Below, piece by piece: positions 9,859-20,644 of a stretch of DNA of 64,000 nt; the first letter of the stretch is position 1, and every line of letters starts with the position of its first letter. The notes beneath the pieces are model-generated. The model was given only the letters and a program-made list of their open reading frames with translations, ran no database searches and had not been told where the DNA came from. The translations under genes were made by a program, and so were the position numbers. Source of the DNA: Candidatus Bathyarchaeota archaeon (GTDB taxonomy: Archaea; Thermoproteota; Bathyarchaeia; 40CM-2-53-6); assembly GCA_963706285.1 (NCBI GenBank), contig CAVPLU010000008.1, positions 49,210 to 113,209 of the forward strand. The letters are read 5' to 3'.

Positions 9859-10209
9859 ATGTTTCCGATGAACTTCTCAAAGGTGAACGTTGAAGCGAAA
9901 GAGGATGCACCGGTTCAAGAAGAGGGAGCAGTGGGCGTCAAGATCAAGTGGCTACTTGACAAGTCGGTGGGGGCTCCAACCTTTGCTATGAGACATTTCT
10001 CTATCCAGCCCGGAGGACATACGCCGCTTCATAGTCACGACTGGGAACATGAGGTCTACGTTCTAGAAGGTGAAGGTTTTGTGAGGCATGAGGACAAGGA
10101 ATATCCAATTCGACCTGGAGACGCCATCTTTGTACCTCCGAACCAAGTACATCAGTTTCGCAGCACCGAGCTCAGCCATCTGAGGTTCCTATGTATGGTC
10201 CCGCTGTAA
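9859..10209 (+). CDS. Cupin domain protein
   Basis: FAMRHF..PGGHTPLHSHDWEHEVYVLEG...PGDAIFVPPNQVHQF. Confidence 0.9.
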   Translation: MFPMNFSKVNVEAKEDAPVQEEGAVGVKIKWLLDKSVGAPTFAMRHFSIQPGGHTPLHSHDWEHEVYVLEGEGFVRHEDKEYPIRPGDAIFVPPNQVHQFRSTELSHLRFLCMVPL

Positions 10210-10288
10210 TCTTGCAGTATTGCTGTTCTATTGCATGAGTCATAGGAGCAAAGTCAACAAGTTTGTTCTTCTCGAAACCTATTGGGCC

Positions 10289-10972
10289 TCATTTGCTCGT
10301 GCAGGTGATTCTTGTTACGTACTTCACCCAGTCCAAGCCAGGTCTTGTAGGTGCGACGAGTCTTGCGGGATATCCGTGTTCTACGGTCAATGGGAAATCT
10401 TCCGGCTTTCAGCGCAATAATGTTATCCGCGTTTGCCACCTCATCCGAATTGAGCGTCATCTCGTATCCTGTGATGCTCTTGATTGTGACGTTAGCTAGG
10501 TTCTCGAGGGACACTCCCGCTTGGTTCAGAAGATAGATGAGCGGTATGCCTTCCCAGAGAACGTCGGCTGCCCACCCTGTTACGCATTGGATCTCTCAGA
10601 GTCTTCTGGACACTAGGCATAGCCTGCAAATCTTCTAAGGTGAATTCCAGCGACTTCGATACGTCTCCATCGATGGTCAGTCTGTAGTCGTTCGAGTCTA
10701 TCGTGGTCGGTTCGATCTCCGTTCCACGTCACTGGGAAACTGAAAGCCTCAGTTGTCGATGTAATTGGAGGAACTGTCGATATTGTCGATGTAGTCTGGG
10801 GTGCTGTTGAGATTGTCGATGTAGCCTGCGATGCGTTGATTGTCGTTGCTGTAGTCTGAGATGCAATAGGTACCTCTCCTGTCGTTTGTTCAAAAAACCA
10901 CCATGACCCAGTCACAATAGCCACAGCCGCCAGGGGAATTAGCTTGACGAATTCTCTTCTTTCAAGTTTCAT
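10289..10972 (-). CDS. Tat-exported molybdopterin-dependent oxidoreductase (sulfite oxidase/MsrP-like), several apparent frameshifts
   Basis: Tat-like signal ERREFVK, Thr-rich linker; pieces in shifting frames YRLTIDGDV...IQCVTGW...WEGIPL...[15 protein letters not shown]...WVKYVTRI. Confidence 0.75.
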
Positions 10973-11315
10973 GAGTCACACCAGCTCGCATTATGCGTGC
11001 CCAATCGCTGTTCGGAGAACAAATCGTGTAGCTATGAAGGTTGAGCCTCTCAACTTGCACGTCTCTACGATTCTGTTTTGCTTTCTCGGAGACTCAGTTG
11101 GCAGATGTTTCCATTACACGAAGAACGGGAAACGTGGTTGCTTGTCTTCTCAGACTAGTACATACTACGAATAGTGGTGGTCTCAGCATTCTGGTAGCCA
11201 TTCCCATCGTCAAACGTGACCTGAGCTGGCTCTTGGCCATTGTCAGGATTCTAAGTTGGTGCGTCGTCTTGAGCGTTTCATCCTTTCTATTTCGCAGTCG
11301 ACGTAGCAGCGTTTC

Positions 11316-12284
11316 TCATCTGTTGGCATATTTGGTTGGAACGCATTTTCGAGATCTTGTATCAACACGAAACAGAGTCTTAACATTGAACCCGGTTGCT
11401 TTCCTCACATTTCTGACGCCTTGGTATTCCGGTTTCTCGAGAACACAGAATACGTCTGAGATGTTGACATCTCGTTCCTTCAGCAGGGACACGAGAGGAG
11501 CAAGGGTTCCTCCAGTTGATATGGCATCATCAATGAGGAGAATCTTGTCTCCCTTTGAAACGCCGTAGACCCAGTAGGTTCCGTGCTCGAATCCGGATGC
11601 GTAACTTGTTTTCGCAAGAAGTTTTGACGAGTCATGGAGGTTTCTCTTTCTGACAACTGCGAGCGGTTTGCCCTTGAGACTCGCGACCAGCTGAGCAATC
11701 GGAAGCCCAAACGATTCTGCCGTCAGAACTTTGTCTATGTCGTTCGGCGTTTGTTGGTGAATCATGTTTGCGATCCATTCCGACCAGAGAGGATTCGGCG
11801 GCGGAATGTTCTCGGTCAACGGGTTCACTATGTATCTGTACACTCGTCTTGAGCCTCCTCTATGCCACTTCAGTTCGACGACCTTGCTTTGCGAATAAGC
11901 TTCAACAATTTGCGTGATCATAGTTCTATCAAATTTCTTTTTCGTAGCGGCCGATTCTTGGAGTGGGCGATGGAAGCATGTTCGTGTTCCTAGGTGACAA
12001 GCGGGGCCTGTCTGATCGACCAAGTACAGCAGAGTGTCTGCGTCACAGTCTACGAGAATCTCGATGATTCTCTGCACATTCCCGGATGTCTGCCCTTTCT
12101 TCCACAACTCCTGTCGCGATCTGCTCCAGTAGTGCGCGAAACCGGTTCTCACGGTCTCGTTGAGGGCTTTGGCATTCGCGTAGGCGACCATCAGAACTTC
12201 GCGTGTTGCATAGTCCTGCACCACAACCGGGATAAGTCTCTGTTTCTCGAAAACCGTCTTGTATGCCAGTTGATCTATCTTCAA
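11316..12284 (-). CDS. hisI: Phosphoribosyl-AMP cyclohydrolase HisI fused to archaeal Hpt-like type I phosphoribosyltransferase
   Basis: [54 protein letters not shown], then [36 protein letters not shown] start overlaps the hisF stop. Confidence 0.88.
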   Translation of the reverse strand: MKIDQLAYKTVFEKQRLIPVVVQDYATREVLMVAYANAKALNETVRTGFAHYWSRSRQELWKKGQTSGNVQRIIEILVDCDADTLLYLVDQTGPACHLGTRTCFHRPLQESAATKKKFDRTMITQIVEAYSQSKVVELKWHRGGSRRVYRYIVNPLTENIPPPNPLWSEWIANMIHQQTPNDIDKVLTAESFGLPIAQLVASLKGKPLAVVRKRNLHDSSKLLAKTSYASGFEHGTYWVYGVSKGDKILLIDDAISTGGTLAPLVSLLKERDVNISDVFCVLEKPEYQGVRNVRKATGFNVKTLFRVDTRSRKCVPTKYANR

Positions 12285-13051
12285 AGTCTCATCTCGACTC
12301 CGTTCTGCTTTAGGTAGTTCTTCACAGTGGGGATCGTGAAGGTTCCGTAGTGGAAGATAGACGCAGCCAGCGCTGCATCTGCGGACGTTTGATTGAACAC
12401 TGCGAGGAAATGCTCCAGCATGCCGCATCCACCGCTGGCGATCACCGGCACCCTAACAGATGAACAGACCGCGTTCGTAAGCGGAAGGTCGAAGCCATCC
12501 AAGGTTCCATCGCGATCAATCGAGGTAAGCAGTATCTCGCCTGCGCCTGCTTGTTCGCATCGACGCGCCCATTCCAGCGCGTCCAGCTGAGTTTTGGTTC
12601 TAGCGCCGTAAGTTTGAACTTGGAACCACTCCTTCCCGTCACGGAGAACCCGGGTCGCATCTATGGCAACTACAACGCATTGTTGTCCGAAGATGTCAGC
12701 GATCTCAGTGATAAGCGAAGGTTTCTCAACGGCGGCGGTGTTCACAGCCACCTTATCTGCTCCTGAGCATAGAATCTCTCTCACGTCATCCAGATCTCGA
12801 ATACCGCCGCCTACTGTGAATGGTATGTCTAGCACGCGTGCGGCGTCCTTGACTAGGTTGATGCGGATCTCCCTCTTTTCAACGGACGCCGTTATGTCCA
12901 AGAAGACAAGTTCGTCGGCTCCTTGGTCGCGGTAGAGGGAGGCAAGCTCAACTGGGTCGCCTGCATCCCTTAGGTCAACGAAATGTTTCCCCTTCACGAC
13001 GCGTCCATCTCTAACGTCGAGACATGGAATGATGCGTTTCGCCAGAGGCAT
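12281..13051 (-). CDS. hisF: Imidazole glycerol phosphate synthase cyclase subunit
   Basis: [50 protein letters not shown]. Confidence 0.97.
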   Translation of the reverse strand: MPLAKRIIPCLDVRDGRVVKGKHFVDLRDAGDPVELASLYRDQGADELVFLDITASVEKREIRINLVKDAARVLDIPFTVGGGIRDLDDVREILCSGADKVAVNTAAVEKPSLITEIADIFGQQCVVVAIDATRVLRDGKEWFQVQTYGARTKTQLDALEWARRCEQAGAGEILLTSIDRDGTLDGFDLPLTNAVCSSVRVPVIASGGCGMLEHFLAVFNQTSADAALAASIFHYGTFTIPTVKNYLKQNGVEMRL

Positions 13052-13055
13052 GCGG

Positions 13056-13775
13056 CTAGCCAGCTCCTGCTTTGACCGCGTCTGAAATCGGCAGAGTCCC
13101 TTCCAGGATGGCCTTGCCTACTATGACGGCGTAGGCTCCGGCATCTCTCAGCGCACCTATGTCGGTCGTGGATCTTACGCCGCCGCTCGCGAAAATCCTT
13201 GCCGCGTCATATCGTTGGCAGACTTGTCTGATCGTATCAACATCAGTCCCATCCATCATGCCATCTCGTTCTACGCAAGTGAGGAGGAAGCTGGACACAT
13301 TCGCATGCATGAGATGTTGCAGGGCTTGATCCAGTTTGATGCCTGAGAGTTGTCGCCAACCATCGATGAGTACATCTTCACCGCGATAGTCAAGTGCGAC
13401 GACAATCCTCGGCAGCGTAACGATTTCTACGATGTGATTGAATGTGGTTTCATCCGTTAAGGCAACTGTCCCGACTACAAGTGCGTCCGCCTCAGCTTCG
13501 ATCAGTTCGCGTGCAATCGTCGCGGTTCGTATGCCGCCTCCAACTTGAATTGGCATTTCTGTCGATCGGGCGATCTGTCTGATTGCGTCGAGGTTGTTTC
13601 CTTGGCCGAAAGCTCCGTCTAGGTCTACAACATGAATTCCGTCTATTCCGGTTCCTGACCAAGACCGAGCTAAAGCAGCGGGATCGGTTGAGTAGATCTT
13701 AGCATCACTCGCTCGGCCTTTTGTTAGTCTGACAACCTTTCCTCCCATAAGGTCGATTGCAGGGTACACTCTCAT
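13056..13775 (-). CDS. hisA: ProFAR isomerase
   Basis: YPAIDLMGGKVVRLTKG, HVVDLDGA, QVGGGIR, ASGGV. Confidence 0.95.
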   Translation of the reverse strand: MRVYPAIDLMGGKVVRLTKGRASDAKIYSTDPAALARSWSGTGIDGIHVVDLDGAFGQGNNLDAIRQIARSTEMPIQVGGGIRTATIARELIEAEADALVVGTVALTDETTFNHIVEIVTLPRIVVALDYRGEDVLIDGWRQLSGIKLDQALQHLMHANVSSFLLTCVERDGMMDGTDVDTIRQVCQRYDAARIFASGGVRSTTDIGALRDAGAYAVIVGKAILEGTLPISDAVKAGAG

Positions 13776-13782
13776 CGTTAGG

Positions 13783-14382
13783 TTACCTTCTCAGGATCTT
13801 CGCAAAGTTGCGAAGCAACATCGCGCCCACTTTCCCAGATTTCTCCGGGTGGAACTGAGTACCAATCAGGTTCCCGGACTCGATGACCGACGGAAACGTT
13901 ACTCCGTAGTCTGTTTTTGCTACAACTATCGATTCATCCGTGCGCGGGTAGTACGAATGGACGAAGTAGCACCAGGAGCCTTCATTCACTCCTTCAAGGA
14001 TCACATTAGGCTTGATGAATTCCAGTTGGTTCCATCCCATGTGCGGTATCTTCACTGAATCCGGCAGCCGCACAACCTCACCTTTGATTAGGCTCAACCC
14101 GTCGGACGGCCCCTCCTCGCTTGAGTCGAGAATCAGCTGCATGCCGAGGCAGATCCCGAGGACGGGTCGTCCTTGCGCTGCAATTTCAGAGATTCGATTC
14201 CGATACGGTCTCAGTCTCATCATTGCAGGTTTGAAGTTGCCAACACCCGGCAGAACTAGGCCGTCAAATTCAGAGCTTTCTGGGATTTCGTCAACGACTT
14301 TGGCGTCGAGCCCTTGGCGTCTTAGGGCTAGGGCTATGTTGAACAGGTTTCCAGCACCGTAGTCGAAGACTGCGACGCTCAA
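13783..14382 (-). CDS. hisH: Imidazole glycerol phosphate synthase glutaminase subunit
   Basis: DYGAGNL, LPGVG, GICLGMQ, PHMGWN, YFVHSY, QFHPEKS. Confidence 0.96.
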   Translation of the reverse strand: MSVAVFDYGAGNLFNIALALRRQGLDAKVVDEIPESSEFDGLVLPGVGNFKPAMMRLRPYRNRISEIAAQGRPVLGICLGMQLILDSSEEGPSDGLSLIKGEVVRLPDSVKIPHMGWNQLEFIKPNVILEGVNEGSWCYFVHSYYPRTDESIVVAKTDYGVTFPSVIESGNLIGTQFHPEKSGKVGAMLLRNFAKILRR

Positions 14383-14970
14383 CTACACTGCTCCCTTTGA
14401 GCTTGCAGGCCCGCTTTGACGCGGGTCGATCGTGCATGCTTGTCTGAGGGAAAGGGCAAGCGCCTTGAACGCCGCCTCGACATTGTGGTGGTCGTTCTCG
14501 CCGTACTGGACTCTGATATGCAGGCTGGCTTTGAGCGATGTCGCGAACGATTGGATGAAGTGGGCTATGTCCTCGTTCTTCAGTCCCTCGATCGCTGCGT
14601 TCGCGATCTTCAACTCAACAGATGAATACGGACGACGCGCCAAGTCCACGGACGCGAGAGCTAATGCATCATCCATTGGCACCAAAGCCCAGCCAAAGCG
14701 TGTAATCCCGTTTCTTTCGCCGAGCGCCTTGGATATGGTTTCTCCAAGCGTGATCGCCGTATCCTCCACGATGTGGTGTGAGAGATCGCCGGAAGCCTCG
14801 ACTTGGATATCCACAAGACTGTGAGTTGCAAGTGTAACGAGAAGATGATCGAGGAACGGGATCGTAGTCCTAACCTGTGCCTTTCCAGTTCCGTCAATTT
14901 CGACCTTTGCGTCCACTTTGGTCTCTCTTGTGGTTCTCACCAGACTTCCTGTTCGAGACAAATCAATCAC
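14383..14970 (-). CDS. hisB: Imidazoleglycerol-phosphate dehydratase
   Basis: RTTRET, FLDHLL, HHIVED, PMDDAL, NDHHNVEAAFKA. Confidence 0.95.
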   Translation of the reverse strand: MIDLSRTGSLVRTTRETKVDAKVEIDGTGKAQVRTTIPFLDHLLVTLATHSLVDIQVEASGDLSHHIVEDTAITLGETISKALGERNGITRFGWALVPMDDALALASVDLARRPYSSVELKIANAAIEGLKNEDIAHFIQSFATSLKASLHIRVQYGENDHHNVEAAFKALALSLRQACTIDPRQSGPASSKGAV

Positions 14971-16020
14971 CTAACACTCGACAGAAGAAAGGGCAGATCA
15001 TTTACCGACTGCAGGATAGCGTCAGCACCGAGTTTCGCAAGTGCGGCCGCTCTATGCGGGCTATTGGCCAGGGGTGTTACACCGCAGAATGTGAACTTGC
15101 CAAGTGCCCGATTCGCGTTATTGGTCATCATTAGGTCTTCCACGGAATCGCCGACATAGAGGATACTTTTGGAGGCTTTCGCATGGTCAGCTGCGAGCAA
15201 GAGAGATTCCGGACTGGGTTTGCCTGGAATTGGTTGTTTCGCGTTGATATGTGGGTCGTGGTCCTCAAGGAAGATCATCGGCCCATCCTGAAAGAATCTC
15301 ATTAGTTCGCCGAGGGTTTGTTCGGTCCCTAGGCGTGACCTGCCCGATACAATACCTATCGTACCCTTCGGCACAAGTGAGGACAACAGCTGCAACGTTT
15401 CCGCTGATACGATGACCTTTTCGGAATCTATCAGACCTCTCTTGCAGCCAACGACGGGGTCTAGCCCGTGAAGTTGCTTGATGAGTTCAGGACCATAGTA
15501 GTATTCGTCGAAGACTCTGCTAAGCGAACTTGACACCGGCCCGCCTGGATAACCTAGTCTCTCGAGAAGTTCGTGTATGTTTGCTGCCGATTTCGCGGAC
15601 TTCCGCTTTGATTTCATCCGCGAATGAGGCGAATCCATGCGAAGCTCTGTTCAATAGACCCAACACTCGGGCGGGAAACGCTTCAGAGTCAAGCACTTCT
15701 TGGAGTCCTACGACTCTCTTGCTCTGATCATGAAGGCATTTCTTGACTTCCTCGCTTGGAAGATTGGCTACGATGCTGACTAGGATGGCTGCCGTCGCGT
15801 CGATGTCATTGTTGTATTGCCCTGTTGCTCTAAGAGCTTCAACAAGTTGCTGCGTTGGGAAAGTCGGACTAAGCTTCAGCCCAAGAATGCTGGAAAGGAA
15901 ATGGGAGACGGTAACCTCTATCGCTCGGTCATATGAGCCACTTGAATCGATCAGGACGCCGTCTACATCAAAGATGACTGCGTCAGTGAGTCCAAGCGCG
16001 TCCATCTTTGAGACACGCAA
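14967..16020 (-). CDS. HAD-family hydrolase, probable histidinol-phosphate phosphatase; apparent frameshift near 15590
   Basis: FDVDGVL (motif I) in the upstream frame; VSGR, KPSP, YVGDSVED in the downstream frame. Lies between hisC and hisB. Confidence 0.8.
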
Positions 16021-16060
16021 TAATCCATTGTTACCGTTCGCGCCCAGATGCTTGTATCCG

Positions 16061-17161
16061 TCAAATCTGTCCGTCGCTCATGACCTCCTCAAGTGCGCTC
16101 AGCAACTTTTCGTTCATGGGTCTCGTGCCAACAGTTGCTCGGAAACAACCCCTGTAACCAAGCACGTCACCGATGTCCTTGACAGATACCCCTAGCAATC
16201 GAAGTCCGGCGGATATCTTGGCAGAGTTCTGGCCAGTGCAAACGAGAATGAAATTCGTTTCCGAATTGAAAATCCTGAATCCCTTGATTCGCGTGAGACG
16301 TTCCATTAGCCAGTTGCGCTCTTGTTTCATCTTGGAGACGCCGTCTCGTATAGCCTCAAGATTTCGTAGACACTCTATCCCAAGTCTAGCCGTGAATCTG
16401 CTGATGGGATAGGGGAGCTGCGCTTTCTCTGCTAAGGCTTTGCTGAGTTCTGCGTTTGCGACCATATAGCCAAGGCGAGCGCCTGCCATTCCGAACGCTT
16501 TGGAAAACGTTCGAATCAGTGCCAAGTTTGGATGCGTTCTGATCAATGGAACAAGAGAACGCTCAGTAAACTCCACATAAGCTTCATCCACAACGACGAG
16601 TCCAGGATATTTGTTGAGCACTTCCACGATATCGGTCTCAGAGAACTGATTGCCTGTTGGATTATTTGGCGAGCAAAGGAACATAATTGATGCTTGGGCT
16701 TGGTCGGCTGCGGAGATAAGGCGCGGAACATCGAGTGAGAAGTCCTCCTGCAGAGGAACCTGAATGACCTTGCCTCCAACTAGCTCTACGCGGAGCCTAT
16801 ACATCGAATAAGTCGGTGAGATGGAAATCGCGGATCCTTGCCTCAATAGTATGGTTGCCGCTAGGTCGATGAGCTGATCTTCACCATTGGCGAGTACTAT
16901 GCATTTGGGGTCAATTTGGAGCCATTGTCCGAGCATCTTGCGTAGCTCGATGGTTTCCTCTCGTGGGTAGACTCTGAGATCGCAGCGAGCGGCATCTTCA
17001 GCCATTTTTCGGACGAGGCCGACGTCAACAAAGTAGTTTTCGTTGCTGTCAAGGCCTACAAGGCGACTATCATCTGCCTCGCCGGCTCGAACAAGAGCGT
17101 AGCCTTCTGACGCCTGAAGCCTAGAAAGGATCTCTTCGAGTCCACTGTATTTTCGGTTCAA
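16061..17161 (-). CDS. hisC: Histidinol-phosphate aminotransferase
   Basis: LDSNEN, CSPNNPTG, VDEAY, RTFSKAFGMAGARLGY. TTG start overlaps the hisD stop. Confidence 0.93.
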   Translation of the reverse strand: MNRKYSGLEEILSRLQASEGYALVRAGEADDSRLVGLDSNENYFVDVGLVRKMAEDAARCDLRVYPREETIELRKMLGQWLQIDPKCIVLANGEDQLIDLAATILLRQGSAISISPTYSMYRLRVELVGGKVIQVPLQEDFSLDVPRLISAADQAQASIMFLCSPNNPTGNQFSETDIVEVLNKYPGLVVVDEAYVEFTERSLVPLIRTHPNLALIRTFSKAFGMAGARLGYMVANAELSKALAEKAQLPYPISRFTARLGIECLRNLEAIRDGVSKMKQERNWLMERLTRIKGFRIFNSETNFILVCTGQNSAKISAGLRLLGVSVKDIGDVLGYRGCFRATVGTRPMNEKLLSALEEVMSDGQI

Positions 17162-18459
17162 GTTTTCAGACGCTCCATTACTGCGAGGGCGTGATTCTCC
17201 AAGCCCTCGGCTTTTGCAAGGACAATTGCGGGTTTTGCAATGTTGCGAAGGCCCTCTCGACTGCAGCTGACAGTCTCCAAGCGTCGCATGAAGTCCCAGA
17301 CGCAAAGGCCGGAGTATGATCTCGCAAGTCCTCCGGTTGGAAGTATGTGGTTGCTTCCAACTGAATAGTCACTGACGGCGCTCGGCGAGTGATCTCCCAC
17401 AAGCAGCAGTCCGCAATTCTTGATGTTTCCTGAAATTCTTTGAGCGAACCCCATCAACTGGACGTGTTCAGGGGCGAAGGCATTTGCGAACGCCGTTGCC
17501 TCGCGTAGATTCTTGGCGATGCAGATGAAGAAGCTGCGCTCCAACGCCTTACCCGCTATCTCACGTTCGGCTCTTTCCGCGAGGATTTCTGATAGCGTTG
17601 AGATGATGCGTTGGGCGTTTCGCGCGGAATCGGTAACGACCCCACATATGCTCCACGGCGAGTGCTCGGCCTGCGCCACCAGATCTCGGGCAACAAAGTT
17701 TCTGTCGAAATTCCCGAAAGCCACGACGAGTAGCTCCGTCGGGCCTGCAGGCAGATCTATTGCGACATCTTTGGAGACGATCTCTTTTGCTGCCAATACG
17801 TATGGTCCGCCTGGTCCAACTATCTTGTCTACCGGTTTGATCGATGCCGTTCCGTATGCCATCGCAGCGACGGCTTGGGCGCCGCCCACCTTGTAAACCT
17901 CGTCAACACCGCAGAATTGCGCGGCGGCAGCTACGAGAGGATTAAGCTTTCCATTGGGCAGCGGTGGCGAACAGACCACAGTTCGGGCAACACCTGCTGT
18001 CTCTGCCAAGACCGCGCCCATGATAAGCGAACTTGGGTAGGCGACGCGACCTCCTGGAACATAGCATCCTACGCTATCGAAGGGGTGGAAGGCTCTGCTA
18101 ATTCGGACGCCTCTTCGCACCGATGTGAACCCCCTCAGCATTTTCAGGTCCAAGGCCGTTTGACTACGGAGCTGTTCAGCGGCAAACCTCAAAGCCCTAG
18201 ACTCCTCAGCAGGAACCCTTGCAGATGCCGCGTGTATCTCGTGTTTCGATGCTAAGAACTTGGACGGACACGTTCCATCGAGCAGCTGCGACCATCGTCG
18301 AAGTGCTGCATCTCCATGCTTTCTTACGTCGAGCACAATCTTTGCGGCGACACGTGTGACAGATGGCTCCAGCGTTGTCTTCTGGCGCAGGAATTTTGCG
18401 GTCTCACATGCGTTTCTGGATGTGAGATAGATAATCTTAGCCTTGAGGCGGCGCTCCAT
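17158..18459 (-). CDS. hisD: Histidinol dehydrogenase
   Basis: GCYVPGG..AYPSS, GGAQAVAAMAYG, PAGPTE, QAEH, APEH, GSNHILPT. Confidence 0.95.
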   Translation of the reverse strand: MERRLKAKIIYLTSRNACETAKFLRQKTTLEPSVTRVAAKIVLDVRKHGDAALRRWSQLLDGTCPSKFLASKHEIHAASARVPAEESRALRFAAEQLRSQTALDLKMLRGFTSVRRGVRISRAFHPFDSVGCYVPGGRVAYPSSLIMGAVLAETAGVARTVVCSPPLPNGKLNPLVAAAAQFCGVDEVYKVGGAQAVAAMAYGTASIKPVDKIVGPGGPYVLAAKEIVSKDVAIDLPAGPTELLVVAFGNFDRNFVARDLVAQAEHSPWSICGVVTDSARNAQRIISTLSEILAERAEREIAGKALERSFFICIAKNLREATAFANAFAPEHVQLMGFAQRISGNIKNCGLLLVGDHSPSAVSDYSVGSNHILPTGGLARSYSGLCVWDFMRRLETVSCSREGLRNIAKPAIVLAKAEGLENHALAVMERLKT

Positions 18460-19435
18460 TGCTCTCCTCTCGGCCGATCTGCTCAAGCGGCAGGATTTGT
18501 TGAGGCTCGTGCACTACGAGCCCTTGTGCGAGTTTGCGTAGAGTTGGCAGTAGTTTGAAGAGTTCTGATTTGTCGATTATTGTGTTGATCGAGAACCAGT
18601 TGGGATCAGAAAGTGAGCTGATCGTGGGACGCTTGAGTGCTGGAAGTCGAGAGAGGAGTTCATTCAAGTTCTCTTTCTTTACATTCAAGAATATGTGCAG
18701 CTTACCTTCGGCTTCGACAACTCCTTTCAGTAGGGTGAGGATGTCGTAGATCTTCTCGCGCTTCCCGCTATCCTTGAGCGAGTCTCGATTAACGATCAGT
18801 ACAGTCGTGGAATGTAGGACAGTGTCCAGGATTTTGAGCTTGTTCGCCTGCAGAGTCGTTCCGGTTTCAACAACGTCCAAGATGGCGTCTGCCTCTTCAG
18901 GGGGTTTCGCTTCTGTAGCCCCGAATGAGAGATAGACTCTCGCGGCCGCGTTATCGCCCTTGGTCCACCACGGCGTTATCACCAAAGGAGATTTCTCTCC
19001 AAACCTCCGACGATAAGACGCCAGAGAACTCAGGTATCTCGCTGCAATGTTGAGATACTCCGTTGAGATTCGGACCGGTCTGCCCGAGTTCCATATTTCT
19101 TCTACGTACTCGTCAGCTGATGTTGAGTGCGTTGATTCAGGAGCCGCAAAAACGAGCCTCACCGCACCGTATCTAAGGTCGAAGAGTGTCTCAACGTCAA
19201 CGTTTGTCTCTTTGACCCAGTCTTGTCCCGTTATTCCAACGTCGTAGGCGCCCTCATTCACAACGATTGGTATCTCTTGGGGCCGAAGAAGCTTCACCTC
19301 TACCTCTTGGTCACTCAGGACTGGGCGATAGGTGCGGCTCTTACCGTAGACTCTGTACCACGCCCGCTCCAGAAGATTGAAGGTATCCTTCTCAAGGGAG
19401 CCTTTTGGAATTGCCAACTTAACTCTTGTAGTCAA
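18437..19435 (-). CDS. hisG: ATP phosphoribosyltransferase (long form)
   Basis: LAIPKGSL, RPQEIP, DVGITGQDW, SFGATEAKP, DVVETGTTL, C-terminal LPALKRPTIS domain. Confidence 0.95.
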   Translation of the reverse strand: MTTRVKLAIPKGSLEKDTFNLLERAWYRVYGKSRTYRPVLSDQEVEVKLLRPQEIPIVVNEGAYDVGITGQDWVKETNVDVETLFDLRYGAVRLVFAAPESTHSTSADEYVEEIWNSGRPVRISTEYLNIAARYLSSLASYRRRFGEKSPLVITPWWTKGDNAAARVYLSFGATEAKPPEEADAILDVVETGTTLQANKLKILDTVLHSTTVLIVNRDSLKDSGKREKIYDILTLLKGVVEAEGKLHIFLNVKKENLNELLSRLPALKRPTISSLSDPNWFSINTIIDKSELFKLLPTLRKLAQGLVVHEPQQILPLEQIGREESNGAPPQG

Positions 19436-19755
19436 ATCAAATTTCTCCTTAGGAACGCTCTAACGCCAAAAAGATCTGATACGATCTTATCAGAAAGTCG
19501 TCGCTCGATCAACGAACGGTCTGGCATCCTACGAATGAACGCAATCGCCTGTTGTGAACTGAATCCCTCATTTTGGCCACGACCAGCGGTCTCCAGACTC
19601 GGCCTGTTATTTAACCGTTAGGACAGGTGCGAGCATCACATGACTTGAGACGACTCGATGTGAACACTACACGCAATTGTGTTGCTCCCTTCCACAGTGT
19701 CTCTTTTCTAGCCGATACCACAATCTGGTGCCTGCTAACGGAGACGATTCAATTT

Positions 19756-20205
19756 ATGCAACGCATCTTCTACCCCAACAGCATCGTCGTCATAGGAGAG
19801 TCAGAACGACCAGAAAACCTGGCTCGCACCATCATCGCCAACCTGTTTGCATTCGGCTACAAGGGCAAGCTATTCGCGGTAGGACGAAAGGAAGGAAGTT
19901 TTCAGGGAATCACAATTGCGACTTCACCAGATCAGGTTCCAGATGGCCTTGACCTGGCAGTGATCCTTACGCCAGCAGCTACAGTGCCTAGTCTTATGGA
20001 GGCGTGCGGTCGAAAAGGCATCAGCCACCTCGTCATCGAATCAGGTGGCTTCAGCGAGTTCTCCGAAGAGGGGGAAGCTTAGAGCAGCAGCTCCTGAAGA
20101 TTGCTCGTCGACTCGACATGCGCACGTCGGTCCCAACTGCATCAGCGTCATCAATTTTGAAACTGGACTCTGTCTGCCCTTTGGGTCCATGTCTCCTGTC
20201 AATGC
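19756..20205 (+). pseudogene. N-terminal fragment of ADP-forming acyl-CoA synthetase (CoA-binding domain)
   Basis: IFYPNSIVVIG, DLAVILTPA, ESGGFSE, GPNC. Two frameshifts; truncated at about 20205. Confidence 0.8.
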
Positions 20206-20502
20206 CCGACTATCGCATTGTGTATTGGTTTGCCTGTACGCCGGTCCCAGACAATCGTCGTTTCTCGCTGGTTTGTTGCACCGATTGCGGCTATCTTGGT
20301 TTTGTGACCACTAGCTGCTTTCTTGGCGGTGAGTATCTGAGTCGACCATATGACGTTCGGGTCATGCTCAACCCATCTTGGGCGAGGAAAGATCTGGCGA
20401 AATTCTTGTCTTCCGGACCGCACTAGTCTACAATGTTCGTCGAACAGAGTTGCACGTGAGCTAGTGGTTCCCTGATCAAGCGAGAGGACGTATCGCTTCA
20501 AT
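20190..20502 (-). pseudogene. glpK: N-terminal fragment of glycerol kinase
   Basis: [46 protein letters not shown], then truncated. Confidence 0.85.
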
Positions 20503-20644
20503 ATGAACGCTACTAGCTTGCTATCTCCTAGATATCTCACTTGTCAAAACGATCCTCTGGATACATCGCTGTGGTCGCAAGTGTTTTGAATCTCCACCCT
20601 GCAGACTTGCCGCATTCCAGAGCGGATCATGACGATGATGAACG

